Assembly (NCBI GenBank): GCA_038886995.1 | Contig: JAWALG010000001.1 | Span: 1-52,144 of the forward strand | DNA from: Candidatus Iainarchaeum sp. | Lineage (GTDB): Archaea; Iainarchaeota; Iainarchaeia; Iainarchaeales; DTGL01 | Length of the DNA: 52,144 nt | Reading direction: 5' to 3' | Shown: positions 10,360-19,685 of the stretch, in pieces | How the letters are laid out: each line of letters starts with the position of its first letter | Position numbering within the stretch: the first letter of the stretch is position 1 | Made by a program: the position numbers and the translations under genes | Notes under the pieces: model-generated | The model's database searches: none | What the model saw: the letters and a program-made list of their open reading frames with translations, nothing else | Told to the model about the DNA's origin: nothing

Positions 10360-10746
10360 TTAAATTAGGCCAAGCTCTTTTTTTATTGCAGCGATTCTTT
10401 CGTCTAGTGAACTTGAGCTGCTGCTAAACGAGCTCGAACTGTTAGCAGAGGTTGTCTTTTGCTGGACCTCAGCAGATGTTGTGATTCTCTCCTCTGTGGG
10501 TACTTCAAGCGCTTTTTGAAGCTCTTTCTTTACATTTGAAACCTCTTTTTTCTCTTTTGTTTGGGCTTTTGGGTAGTCCTCTTCTAACTGTGACTCAAGC
10601 TCTGAAAATATATCTTGTTGCTCTTCGTCTTTAAGAAAAGGAGAAGGTGAGCCAATATTGCCTTCAAGCCCTGGAAACGAACTTTTGCCCAGCTCGATTG
10701 AAACCTCTTCTTCTTCCTTTTTCTTTCCGAATAATGGCAGTTTTAT
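10360..10746 (-). CDS. Unannotated charged, Ser-rich protein (about 127 aa) with non-canonical start (ATA 10746 or CTG 10740)
   Basis: Open frame (IK)LPLFGKKKEEEEVSIELG...SSSLDERIAAIKKELGLI* fills the gap. GAGGGG lies just upstream. No in-frame ATG/GTG/TTG. Confidence 0.75.
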   Translation of the reverse strand: MKLPLFGKKKEEEEVSIELGKSSFPGLEGNIGSPSPFLKDEEQQDIFSELESQLEEDYPKAQTKEKKEVSNVKKELQKALEVPTEERITTSAEVQQKTTSANSSSSFSSSSSSLDERIAAIKKELGLI

Positions 10747-10801
10747 TCTGATCCCCTCTTTAATATTTATGTTTTCTTAGTTTAAAAATATAAGCAAATC
10801 G

Positions 10802-12025
10802 TTATTTTTCTAGAGGTATTTCTGTTGGTGGGCATACTCGGACTATGTTTGCATAAACACCAATATTTAGCATATATGGCTCAACTCTGTGTTCCATGGC
10901 TATACTTCTTGTGGTATCTCTGCACTTGAATTTTACTGTAAAAGCAACATAAGGGTTAGCGCCAACTATTTCTATTTTGCACTCGCCCGCAGTGCAGGAT
11001 TTTGTGTAGTTGTGCTCAACGGTGCCCACAGGTGGTGCTACCCAAGGGCCAAGAGCTTCCCTTGGTGGGCAAGCTGTGCCATGCCTTTCATCCTGAGTGC
11101 CACAAGCACCTTCGACATTGTATTCCTGAATTTGAAGGCCTAAACAGCCTGGAGTAACACAATTCTGGTCCCTGCTTATTGCAAGGTCTTTCTTTTCAGC
11201 AATCTTTTCGTATTCACATTCAAAGCCAATTGGGTTCATTATCTGGTTCAAATAATCAAGCTGCTTGTCAAGTGCAGTGTCAATATTTACATCATTTAGG
11301 TCTATCTTGGACCGTACATAGTCATCTGTTACTACTATGTGATATGTTGGATCTGCTTTGCTAACAAAAAGGCAGGGGCCTTTTGCTTTCCTCAGCTCCT
11401 CACAAACATCAGCACCAAGAATTGATAGGTAATTTTGCCCCCACTCAAGGTATTTTTTGTAAGCATGCCAAGTCCTGTAAGGATACGACAGAGCATAACT
11501 GTTTGAAAATTTTCTTTCGCCGCTTTCAATCTTTGCACCGGCAACAACATACGAAATATTAACATCAAAGCGATCATTGGGCAATGACATCATTCTGTCA
11601 AGCTGTTCCTGGAAAGTGTTGCCATCATAAAGCCCGAGAGTTACATTAAAATCAGAATTATATTCGTAACCAACCTCTTCATTGATTCTCCTGAAACAAC
11701 CGCCAAGCTCCTTGCTTATCAAAAAAACTCCGTTTGTGTCAATTTCGTTTGCAACCGGTGGCATAAAAATGTTGCAAACCCAAAGGTTGGATTGCACAGA
11801 AAGGCCTTCTTTAGAGAAGTTCTGTATGCTTTGCCTTACAGAACGCACTGCATTTTCCATTGTTATTGTCTCCACTTTTGTTTCGGTATTTATATCCTTT
11901 GGAATGCTAATTGGCTCATGTCTTGTAAGGATGAGTATAAAAACAAGTGAGATTATTGCTATTACAATAAAGGCCAAAATATTTCCTTTCTGGCCAATCT
12001 TGAAACCCAGAAAAGTTATGGGCAT
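10802..12025 (-). CDS. Large Cys-rich pilin-like protein with class III signal peptide
   Basis: QKG|NILAFIVIAIISLVFIL; many Cys; 8 D-x-N; overlaps the stop of the upstream gene. Confidence 0.7.
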   Translation of the reverse strand: MPITFLGFKIGQKGNILAFIVIAIISLVFILILTRHEPISIPKDINTETKVETITMENAVRSVRQSIQNFSKEGLSVQSNLWVCNIFMPPVANEIDTNGVFLISKELGGCFRRINEEVGYEYNSDFNVTLGLYDGNTFQEQLDRMMSLPNDRFDVNISYVVAGAKIESGERKFSNSYALSYPYRTWHAYKKYLEWGQNYLSILGADVCEELRKAKGPCLFVSKADPTYHIVVTDDYVRSKIDLNDVNIDTALDKQLDYLNQIMNPIGFECEYEKIAEKKDLAISRDQNCVTPGCLGLQIQEYNVEGACGTQDERHGTACPPREALGPWVAPPVGTVEHNYTKSCTAGECKIEIVGANPYVAFTVKFKCRDTTRSIAMEHRVEPYMLNIGVYANIVRVCPPTEIPLEK

Positions 12026-14178
12026 TTCAATGCACTCCTTATAACTGGCTCTTCAAAGCAGTCAAACAACCTCGGCGCTGGTACTCCGCCAGGACCCATT
12101 ATGCTTCTCCCAACTGAACTTCCAACAAGTATTTTTCGTCCAAGGCAGTCAGGCAAATTACCTGGATATTCTGGGCAATTTGTTGTGAGAGAACCATATG
12201 CAGAGCAATGGTTCGTGCCGTCAGGATACTTGTTTTTACAACCACCGATTGAAGAAAGCCGTGAATTTTGGCCATGCCATGCCCCTTGGTGATATTGCTC
12301 ACAGAAGTAAAATTGGTGTCCTAGTTCATGCGCAGAGCATTCATTATAGCCGGCTTCGCAGACTGTGGGATAAGTACCAAACTCTGTAAAGCCGATTATG
12401 CCATATTCAGCGTGCGGAATGTAGAAACAAATATCGCTTTTTGTAATGGCTACAATACGCATGCTTGCCCAATTTATTGTATAGCCCGCATTTTGTACAC
12501 ATTTTAAAATCTGGTTAAAGACATCGAAGCGCATGCTTTCCCGCATACAAGAATTAAGCAAAGAAACTGAACAATTGTGAGAGTCAGGCGGTATTATAAC
12601 AATTGAGTAGTTATTTTGACAATTGTCAAGGCGGGCGCCATCCACGAAAGCCTTAAAATGTGCCCTTGCAGTTGATTCAAAGCTTGCATTTGATCCAGAC
12701 CAGTTCACTGGAACAAATATAAATTCAAAAGTTGGCTTTTTGCCAACAATAATAGTTATAGTTGCAGAGCCCTTTTGGCCTTCATCATCAGTAACAGTCA
12801 GCTTAACCGTGTATTGCCCTGGCTGTGAAAATGTGTATGAAAACCTCTGTTGTGTGCTCACAATTGTGCCGTTTATATCCCATTCATAAGAAACAATATC
12901 GCCACCATCAGGGTCATAAGAGGCAGAGCCATCAAGGATTGTAGTGTAGGGTTCTTGAGCCAAAACCCTTGGGTCTGCATTTATTATTGCAATTGGGGGC
13001 ATCTTTACAACAACGGTTTTCATTTGATGTGGCACTCTTTCCTTGTAGATCCACAATGTAATGTGGGCTGGTTTTCTGCTTGGCATAAGCACTACACGAT
13101 CAAATGAGTAGCGTTCAGCAGTTTCTTTCTTTGTGCCTATCTCTATCAAGCCCTCTCTTTTTACCGTGGAGCCGAAAATCATTTTCTCAAGAACAAGGTC
13201 AAGCTTAGATTGTGAGTATCCTTTAGAGAAGTCAATAAACTCACCATGCAGAGCATTTGCTAACCTGTTCATATCTTCTATTATCGCATTTTCATCATGC
13301 ACCTGAGGCAATGAGTTTGGAGTGTTAACATTTAGCGGATCACAAAGGATTGGGTAAGCATAAAGGTTTTTGTGGTTCTTTGCTGAATTAATACCAAAAT
13401 CTATGCTTTTGTCAGCATAAGCCGTGCCACCGTATGAAACGCCTTGGTATATGAACTCATCAGAGCATGAGAGCTCATCAGACATTGGAATCAGAATACG
13501 GACATTTTCTGAATCAATAGGCAAATTTTGTGCAACCCAGGCAACCCCCAAGCCATAAGCTTCCTGCAGAACACAATGCTCGGGAGGTATGCCTGCTTGC
13601 TGACAAAGATTTTGCAGGTCTGATGCTGGAATTACTTTGCATTCAACATTTGGCATAGAGCACTGTGAAACAGTCATTACTGAGGCAAGAGTATAAATAT
13701 GGAAGTTTATATCACCTGTAAAATTGTTTGTAATATATACAATTGATTGCCCTATCTTGCTTATGTCATCGGTCATGCTTTGTGAAGAATCAACAATGAA
13801 ATATATTTCTACGCCTTTGTTTATGTCACTGCTGTGCTGAGGTACCTTAGCATAGTAATTCTCATGCCCGTAAAAGCTGTCAAAGAGTTCCTCTAAAACA
13901 TCGCGGCAATTAACCATTATGCCGCCATAGTTTTTATCTTCTGCGCCGTAGTATGCGCAGTTTGCAAACAACTCCCCGATAGTTTCTTTTGTTCTTGGTT
14001 CTGTCATCTTGAGCAGGGCATCGAAGCTTTCCTCAAAGCGCCTTTCTTCAGCATATGTTTCCATTTCTTTTGTCTGCTGGGCAACATGCTGATACCTGCT
14101 TATCTCAACAGCAAAGAGTGCAACAAAGAAAAGCCCAACTACTATGGCTGCAGAAATTACCTGCGAAGTATCAGCCAT
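12016..14178 (-). CDS. Membrane-anchored/pilin-like vWA-PKD-zinc metalloprotease protein
   Basis: N-terminal hydrophobic helix; vWA MIDAS FIVDSSQS; PKD LDGSASYDPDG..YEWD..PGQYTVKLTVTDDEG; AHELGHQFYFCEQY zincin motif. GGTGA precedes ATG 14178. Confidence 0.8.
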   Translation of the reverse strand: MADTSQVISAAIVVGLFFVALFAVEISRYQHVAQQTKEMETYAEERRFEESFDALLKMTEPRTKETIGELFANCAYYGAEDKNYGGIMVNCRDVLEELFDSFYGHENYYAKVPQHSSDINKGVEIYFIVDSSQSMTDDISKIGQSIVYITNNFTGDINFHIYTLASVMTVSQCSMPNVECKVIPASDLQNLCQQAGIPPEHCVLQEAYGLGVAWVAQNLPIDSENVRILIPMSDELSCSDEFIYQGVSYGGTAYADKSIDFGINSAKNHKNLYAYPILCDPLNVNTPNSLPQVHDENAIIEDMNRLANALHGEFIDFSKGYSQSKLDLVLEKMIFGSTVKREGLIEIGTKKETAERYSFDRVVLMPSRKPAHITLWIYKERVPHQMKTVVVKMPPIAIINADPRVLAQEPYTTILDGSASYDPDGGDIVSYEWDINGTIVSTQQRFSYTFSQPGQYTVKLTVTDDEGQKGSATITIIVGKKPTFEFIFVPVNWSGSNASFESTARAHFKAFVDGARLDNCQNNYSIVIIPPDSHNCSVSLLNSCMRESMRFDVFNQILKCVQNAGYTINWASMRIVAITKSDICFYIPHAEYGIIGFTEFGTYPTVCEAGYNECSAHELGHQFYFCEQYHQGAWHGQNSRLSSIGGCKNKYPDGTNHCSAYGSLTTNCPEYPGNLPDCLGRKILVGSSVGRSIMGPGGVPAPRLFDCFEEPVIRSALKCP

Positions 14179-14179
14179 C

Positions 14180-14923
14180 TTAATCACCTTTAATTCTCTT
14201 TAGGTAAATGAAAGCAAATACCACAAGCAATGCCACTGCTATGAAAACATATGGCAGTATACCTAAGCCTTGCTCATCCTTTCGCCCAATAGGTGATGTA
14301 CTTGTTGTTTCTTGCATAGTTGGGGTTGCCTTTGGCGGAATTTTCAAGCAGTCAGAGTCAACACCGATGAGACAATCAGGATCACAAACGCCATCATTAT
14401 GAGCAACACAAACGCCATCTTTCTCATTTGGCTTGCAGTCAGAGCAAGATATTGTGCTTTCCTCCTTGTCGCATATTCCATTCCTGTTGCATAGGCGCTC
14501 TTTTATGTCAAATACGATTTCCTTATTGATGTCAAAAACAATTCTAATTTTAGCAGCGTCTTCAAAGTATGGCAAGAATATTTGCTTTATTGTATCATTA
14601 GGATATATAACTCCAGTTCCAGCATTTGCGTTATAGTTAATATCGGCTCTCGGTGGGCTAACAACAAGTATTGGCTCTATAAAACCGAACCTTCCTTTGT
14701 AAAGCTCTTGCCCATCTCCGGCAAGAAGAAACAAGGTGGCATTGCCTGGAAACTCTTCAACACTAACATAACCATAAATTGCCTTTATTTCCACCAATTC
14801 AACATTCAAAAAATTTATGTCATAGTAAATCGAGGCACTTATTACTTTTGTTTCATCTGAATACGCCCCAGCAAGAAAAAAAGCGAGTAAGATAAAAATA
14901 AGCAAGGTTGTTTTCGTTACCAT
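14180..14923 (-). CDS. Secreted surface protein with Cys/Asp-rich module and C-terminal membrane anchor
   Basis: Signal peptide; CNRNGICD..SCSDC..DGVC..DGVCDPDC..DSDC; Thr/Pro linker; C-terminal TM with basic tail. Confidence 0.8.
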   Translation of the reverse strand: MVTKTTLLIFILLAFFLAGAYSDETKVISASIYYDINFLNVELVEIKAIYGYVSVEEFPGNATLFLLAGDGQELYKGRFGFIEPILVVSPPRADINYNANAGTGVIYPNDTIKQIFLPYFEDAAKIRIVFDINKEIVFDIKERLCNRNGICDKEESTISCSDCKPNEKDGVCVAHNDGVCDPDCLIGVDSDCLKIPPKATPTMQETTSTSPIGRKDEQGLGILPYVFIAVALLVVFAFIYLKRIKGD

Positions 14924-14995
14924 GCGCTCACATCCATAAGTTCTTAATTTATAATGAATTATTAAAATTTAATACTTTGCTTCGGCATTCATTCT

Positions 14996-15418
14996 TCAGT
15001 TTGAGATTATTATGCTGTTTAGGTCATCTGAACACGAAAGTTCAACTATTGCCGGAAAAACCAATGGCTCATTCTTTATAATTATGTTGCAGTCCTCGCA
15101 TACTTTGTTCTTTTTAAAGTATGCTTTTAGCGCATTTAGGTCAAATGTTTCGCCAGTAATCTTTTCGGTTTTTACATTATACACACCGCAATTTGCATCT
15201 CTGGCGCCAAAAGCACACGATTTCCAGCATTTTGACATTTCAATGAAAAACTGCTGGTATTGAATGTCATTCATAGGTCCTTTGCAACTATCAGGTATGA
15301 AAAGGCATGTAATTGATTTTTGAAGCCCGCTGAAGTCAATGCCCACTATAAAAGCTAACACCACCATGCCAACCGCAAACGCAAAAATAAAGAATATCAC
15401 CACTTCTATTGCCTGCAT
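14996..15418 (-). CDS. Pilin-like protein without a basic leader
   Basis: AGGTG then MQAIEVVIFFIFAFAVG; Cys-rich C-terminus. The longer track ORF overlaps the 30-aa ORF. Confidence 0.7.
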   Translation of the reverse strand: MQAIEVVIFFIFAFAVGMVVLAFIVGIDFSGLQKSITCLFIPDSCKGPMNDIQYQQFFIEMSKCWKSCAFGARDANCGVYNVKTEKITGETFDLNALKAYFKKNKVCEDCNIIIKNEPLVFPAIVELSCSDDLNSIIISN

Positions 15419-15426
15419 ACAAACAC

Positions 15427-15519
15427 CTACTTCAATGCTGAGTAAACATACATTAAGATAAGGCCGACTACGGCAAGGCCAACTATAACTTCTATGATCT
15501 GCCAAGTTGTTTTGCTCAT
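15427..15519 (-). CDS. Unannotated 30-aa single-helix (mini-pilin-like) peptide
   Basis: MSKTTWQIIEVIVGLAVVGLILMYVYSALK*. ATGA-coupled to the tadC-like stop; its own stop overlaps the next RBS. Confidence 0.7.
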   Translation of the reverse strand: MSKTTWQIIEVIVGLAVVGLILMYVYSALK

Positions 15520-17408
15520 CTTGTCAACACCCCCTCAAATATGAATGTTGTAAACATCATAACTCCGATGAAGAAAAGCGCGCTGAATATTAAGAAGCCA
15601 GCAAGAAGGTTGCTGAAAATGGTTTTACCTATCTTGTAACGGTCAGTCCCATATTTAACATTCGCTAGGAATAAACTCAGGACTACTATTGTTAGTATAA
15701 GATATATGCCAACGATAACCAAAACTACAGTTGGCGGTATTATCTGGGAAATTTCTACAAGCTGCAAAGAAAGTTGTATCCCGAAAGCTTTACCAACCCC
15801 CTCAATAAGACCAATTATATACTCTAAAGACATCACTATTGCCACAGCCATTATTATGGCTGTTGCTGCAAGTATTGGTGCTAATATTTTGCCTGAAAGT
15901 TCAATGGTTGCACTTGTATCACTTAAAAGCGTCTGCATGTAATTGTCAAGCCTAAAGACGGAAAGCGTGTGACTCCTTATCATCTTTGCCGCTTTTGCAG
16001 CATTCCTTATATCTGTTTCCGAAAAGTGTATCAAGCGCCTAAATATCTGTATAAGGCGCTTTGAGGCAACTATTTCGGGTAGCTTAGTATCAACAAAGTC
16101 CGCAAGTGTCTTTTTTGTGTTATAAAGAGCATCAGTTATTTCGCCAAATATCTTAACTACAGCATGTCTCTTAAAGCCATGTCTAATGTAATCTTCCTTA
16201 ACATCTTCGATTATACTTTCCATTGGCCTGTTAAGCACAAGGTAACTGCTTACAACCTGAAGAAGATGTGGTATATCATCTTCAACCTCGCGCATCTCAA
16301 GCCATATTTTTTCATTAAGTTTAACATAGAATAACAAGTAAACTTCTATTGCTAAGAACATGCCAAAAGGCACGCACCACGCTGCAATTAAGCTACCAAG
16401 TGAGTATTGCTTTACAATATCCTCTCTTGAACTCATGTTTAGGCCTAAAAATTGAATAAGACCAAACCCACAAATGAGTACCGCAATACTTGCACATATT
16501 ACATATACTGCTGGCGGCATCTTCTTGAATTTTGGTGAAAGAGATAAGTCGATTGTGTTAACCTGCACCCTATTTAGCGCAAAGTTCATGGCAAAAAGCA
16601 AGAGCAATGCTGGACAAAGAATATCGTAAATAAATATCAGCATTGGCACATTAACCATGTTTGGGAGAAATATTGAAATCATTGGCAAAAGTATGAGTGA
16701 CATCATTGGCAACATAACTCCAACAGAAACTAAATTTTTTGCCTGGTTTGAAAGAGTTTCAGTTGTTCTTTTTCCCATTGTATAGTAGCCCTGCATTATT
16801 GTCTTTATGCCCTCTTTTAGCATATTGTCCCTTTCGCTGAGAGGCGCCAAGCTTGCTGTTTGCAGGATAGTAAGACCTTTTACGAAATCAGGATTTATTT
16901 CCATCCATATTGGGATATAATCCTCAAAGGCATCGCCGAGAGTGGCATATTGCTGGAGCTCCATTTTGGCAACAATATCCCTAAACTGTTTACCTAAAAC
17001 ACCCGTAAGGCCTTTTGAAGTTTCTGTAAAAGCAAATTCTATGCTTGTGTTCAAGCTTATGTAATTAGCCATTTCAAGCAAGGCTTGAAGCATCTCTTCT
17101 TTTTGCTGCATTATACCTTGGGTATAGTAGATGCTTGCACCGTAGAGATAAGAGGATATTGCTAGAAGGGCTGATGTAAAAATAAAGATATAGCCAAAAA
17201 GCTCAAATAGCCAAAGCTTTGCGGCAGCACCAACAATAAAAAAGAATATCCCTGCAAAAGCAGGCAATATAAACCATATGAATATCCCTGAGAGGAACTC
17301 CGCTGAACTATATGGAAACTCAACCTGTTTGAATTTTTTTTCGAGGGAAGGCGATTTTGGAAAAATTTTTATTGTCTTGCCAGTATTGTAAACAAAATCA
17401 AAATACAT
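15516..17408 (-). CDS. TadC/PilC/ArlJ-like platform protein with two T2SS-F-like domains (system 1)
   Basis: Two repeats of TM pair + soluble domain + TM cluster (EMLQALLEMANY.. and DDIPHLLQVVSSY..); directly downstream of the secretion ATPase. Confidence 0.8.
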   Translation of the reverse strand: MYFDFVYNTGKTIKIFPKSPSLEKKFKQVEFPYSSAEFLSGIFIWFILPAFAGIFFFIVGAAAKLWLFELFGYIFIFTSALLAISSYLYGASIYYTQGIMQQKEEMLQALLEMANYISLNTSIEFAFTETSKGLTGVLGKQFRDIVAKMELQQYATLGDAFEDYIPIWMEINPDFVKGLTILQTASLAPLSERDNMLKEGIKTIMQGYYTMGKRTTETLSNQAKNLVSVGVMLPMMSLILLPMISIFLPNMVNVPMLIFIYDILCPALLLLFAMNFALNRVQVNTIDLSLSPKFKKMPPAVYVICASIAVLICGFGLIQFLGLNMSSREDIVKQYSLGSLIAAWCVPFGMFLAIEVYLLFYVKLNEKIWLEMREVEDDIPHLLQVVSSYLVLNRPMESIIEDVKEDYIRHGFKRHAVVKIFGEITDALYNTKKTLADFVDTKLPEIVASKRLIQIFRRLIHFSETDIRNAAKAAKMIRSHTLSVFRLDNYMQTLLSDTSATIELSGKILAPILAATAIIMAVAIVMSLEYIIGLIEGVGKAFGIQLSLQLVEISQIIPPTVVLVIVGIYLILTIVVLSLFLANVKYGTDRYKIGKTIFSNLLAGFLIFSALFFIGVMMFTTFIFEGVLTR

Positions 17409-17431
17409 TTCAAATCATCCTAAAACATAAC

Positions 17432-19096
17432 CTATTTCCAAAGCAATTGCAAGCGTTTTTCATACTCTTCCTTGAACTTATTCTCTGCCTCTTCGCTTTG
17501 AAGCGGCTTTATTTTTTCAAAGGCCTCGGCAAACCACTTGTTTGCTTTTAGCACGTAAGGCCCTTCAAGCTTCTCCTTGAAAACTGACATTGTCTCCACA
17601 AACCTTTGTTTAGCCCATGCTCTCAAACTGATATCACGCCAAACCTTCTCGTAAGAGTCATATTCCATGCTAGTTTCCATTATGTTTTGAATGGTAACAG
17701 AGTTGCCTTTTAGCAATGCTTGCGTAGGAACCAAAGAGTCCTCTTTTTTATCATAAGTCATGAGTGTTCTGAAAACAGGTTCATCCTGCCAGTCCTTAAG
17801 GACTTCAACAACTTGGGTAACACGCCTCACATGGTAAAGGCCTGTTGGCGATTTAATCTGCTTTATTATTATAATAAGGTCTGTTACCTTGAATGACCCT
17901 TTTGGAACACCTAAGTCATTTACAACACGGTCAAAAACACCGTATGGGTTGTCAGCATGTATAGTGCCAGCAACAGTATTTGCCATTGCGCCTACGCGCA
18001 TTGCTTCATAAAGGACTTTTGCTTCCTGAGAACGTACTTCACCCAGTATGAGGCATGAGTTGCCCAACCTTAAGCAGGTCCTAAGGCCTTTTTCGAAAGG
18101 TATTTCTAGGCCCTCTGGTGAAAGCGCTGAACGAACTTTAAAGGAAAGTATATCGTAGCCATACTCTTTGTAGAAGTTTATTGGAAGCTCTTGGGTGTCT
18201 TCAATTGTTATAATCCTATATTTTGGAAGTATTTCGAGCATGCATGCACTGAGCAGAGATGTCTTTCCTGAGCCACGAGGCCCAGCCGTTAGGAAAGTCC
18301 TGCCGTGTGTGATCATGAATGACATGAAACCTGCGAAAAGAGGGCTTATGGTCCTATTAGCTATAAAAAGAGGCAAAGTCCATGGTTTTTCCCTGTGGCG
18401 CCTTATTGAATAACCAATGCCGTGTATTGAAAATGGCTGCACAACAGCAGCAACCCTTGCCCTTTGATTTTCTACAACTAGTTCAGCGTCAAGCTGCGGC
18501 TGTGCCTTGTTAAGAGGCCTTCCAGAATTTATTTTAAGGTAAGTTGCTAAATAGTTTAAGAAGTCGATTGAAGGGTATAGGTTTGTTCTGCATTCATCAA
18601 AATCATCATGTACAACCCTAAAAGGGCTTTGGAATTCGGGAGGATTTATATTTATCTCCTGAACTTTTGGATCACACATTAAGTAGTCGAGAATTCCGTG
18701 TTGCTTTATCCAACGCACAAGTACAGGATCCTTAAGCTCTCTGCTTTCATATTCTTTGTACAGGTAGAGCAATTGCTCCATGTTTGGCTCCAGATGTGGT
18801 ATCGTTATCGTGTAAGTTGGCTCAAGGTTCTCTTCTTCCTGCACAATCTTTACATTTGCATCTTTTATCTTGTATGACTTGAGTACTTTGCCGCGAACTG
18901 GCTTTATAAGGCAATCAACAAAGAATGGGTAAATTACATAAGAGTTATCCTTAAGGTATTGCTGCTTTGTAAAAATCTTATTTTTATAAACAATAAGGTC
19001 AAGGTCCTTTTGTGGCTTAATGCATTGCTCACACATTGGAAAGCTCTTATCGCCGAGACCTACGCAATTGCTGCAATCCCTAATTACATACTTCAT
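17432..19096 (-). CDS. Type II/IV secretion (PilB/TadA/ArlI-like) ATPase, system 1
   Basis: GPRGSGKTS, ITIEDTQEL, LILGEVRSQEA, GTIHAD; N-terminal CxxC..CxxC. Confidence 0.92.
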   Translation of the reverse strand: MKYVIRDCSNCVGLGDKSFPMCEQCIKPQKDLDLIVYKNKIFTKQQYLKDNSYVIYPFFVDCLIKPVRGKVLKSYKIKDANVKIVQEEENLEPTYTITIPHLEPNMEQLLYLYKEYESRELKDPVLVRWIKQHGILDYLMCDPKVQEININPPEFQSPFRVVHDDFDECRTNLYPSIDFLNYLATYLKINSGRPLNKAQPQLDAELVVENQRARVAAVVQPFSIHGIGYSIRRHREKPWTLPLFIANRTISPLFAGFMSFMITHGRTFLTAGPRGSGKTSLLSACMLEILPKYRIITIEDTQELPINFYKEYGYDILSFKVRSALSPEGLEIPFEKGLRTCLRLGNSCLILGEVRSQEAKVLYEAMRVGAMANTVAGTIHADNPYGVFDRVVNDLGVPKGSFKVTDLIIIIKQIKSPTGLYHVRRVTQVVEVLKDWQDEPVFRTLMTYDKKEDSLVPTQALLKGNSVTIQNIMETSMEYDSYEKVWRDISLRAWAKQRFVETMSVFKEKLEGPYVLKANKWFAEAFEKIKPLQSEEAENKFKEEYEKRLQLLWK

Positions 19097-19674
19097 TGTG
19101 AAGCACCTTTTTCAGATACCTCTTTGCCATAATAATCAATATATCTTTTTGCACGCTCCAATCGATCTTTAAGTGCGATATCGACTGTTGCGCCAACAAC
19201 ATCCTCAATCTTCTTTACCCTTGAGTTCATGTTTTCAAGGTCGCGCATCATTGATTCGAAAAGGTCTGGGGCGCGTATGGATGCAAGCCCACCAAATGTC
19301 TTTTCAACCTGGAGTATTTGTTCCCTTACTGCCGTATACCTTTGCAAAAGTTCTCCTGATAGGGCACGCTTTTTTAGTTCGCTTTCAGCGGCTTCTAGTT
19401 CCTCTATCGATGTAGATATTAGATTGGACTTTGATGCAAGTATTTCTGTTCTTTTGCTAAGTTCATTTATCTTAGATTCAATCTCAAATGCAGAATACGA
19501 TGTTCCTGCAATTATTGCATTTCTTAACTTTTCAAGCCTTGCTTTCTGCATCATTACTTGCGCACTTATATACCTGCATTTCTCTAGAATCATTGGGTCG
19601 CCATCAAATCTTACTTGCTCAAAGTCCGCTATGTTTGGATTGTAAAATTTTACCTTTGGTTTCTCGTCTGACAT
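19093..19674 (-). CDS. Coiled-coil protein in pilus operon 1
   Basis: Heptad-rich and charged; ATGA-coupled to the ATPase. Confidence 0.75.
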   Translation of the reverse strand: MSDEKPKVKFYNPNIADFEQVRFDGDPMILEKCRYISAQVMMQKARLEKLRNAIIAGTSYSAFEIESKINELSKRTEILASKSNLISTSIEELEAAESELKKRALSGELLQRYTAVREQILQVEKTFGGLASIRAPDLFESMMRDLENMNSRVKKIEDVVGATVDIALKDRLERAKRYIDYYGKEVSEKGASQ

Positions 19675-19685
19675 CTTAACACACT

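Noticed and set aside
15516-19096. Archaellum (arlI/arlJ) locus
   Set aside because: No archaellin N-termini or ArlF/G/H recognisable next to it.
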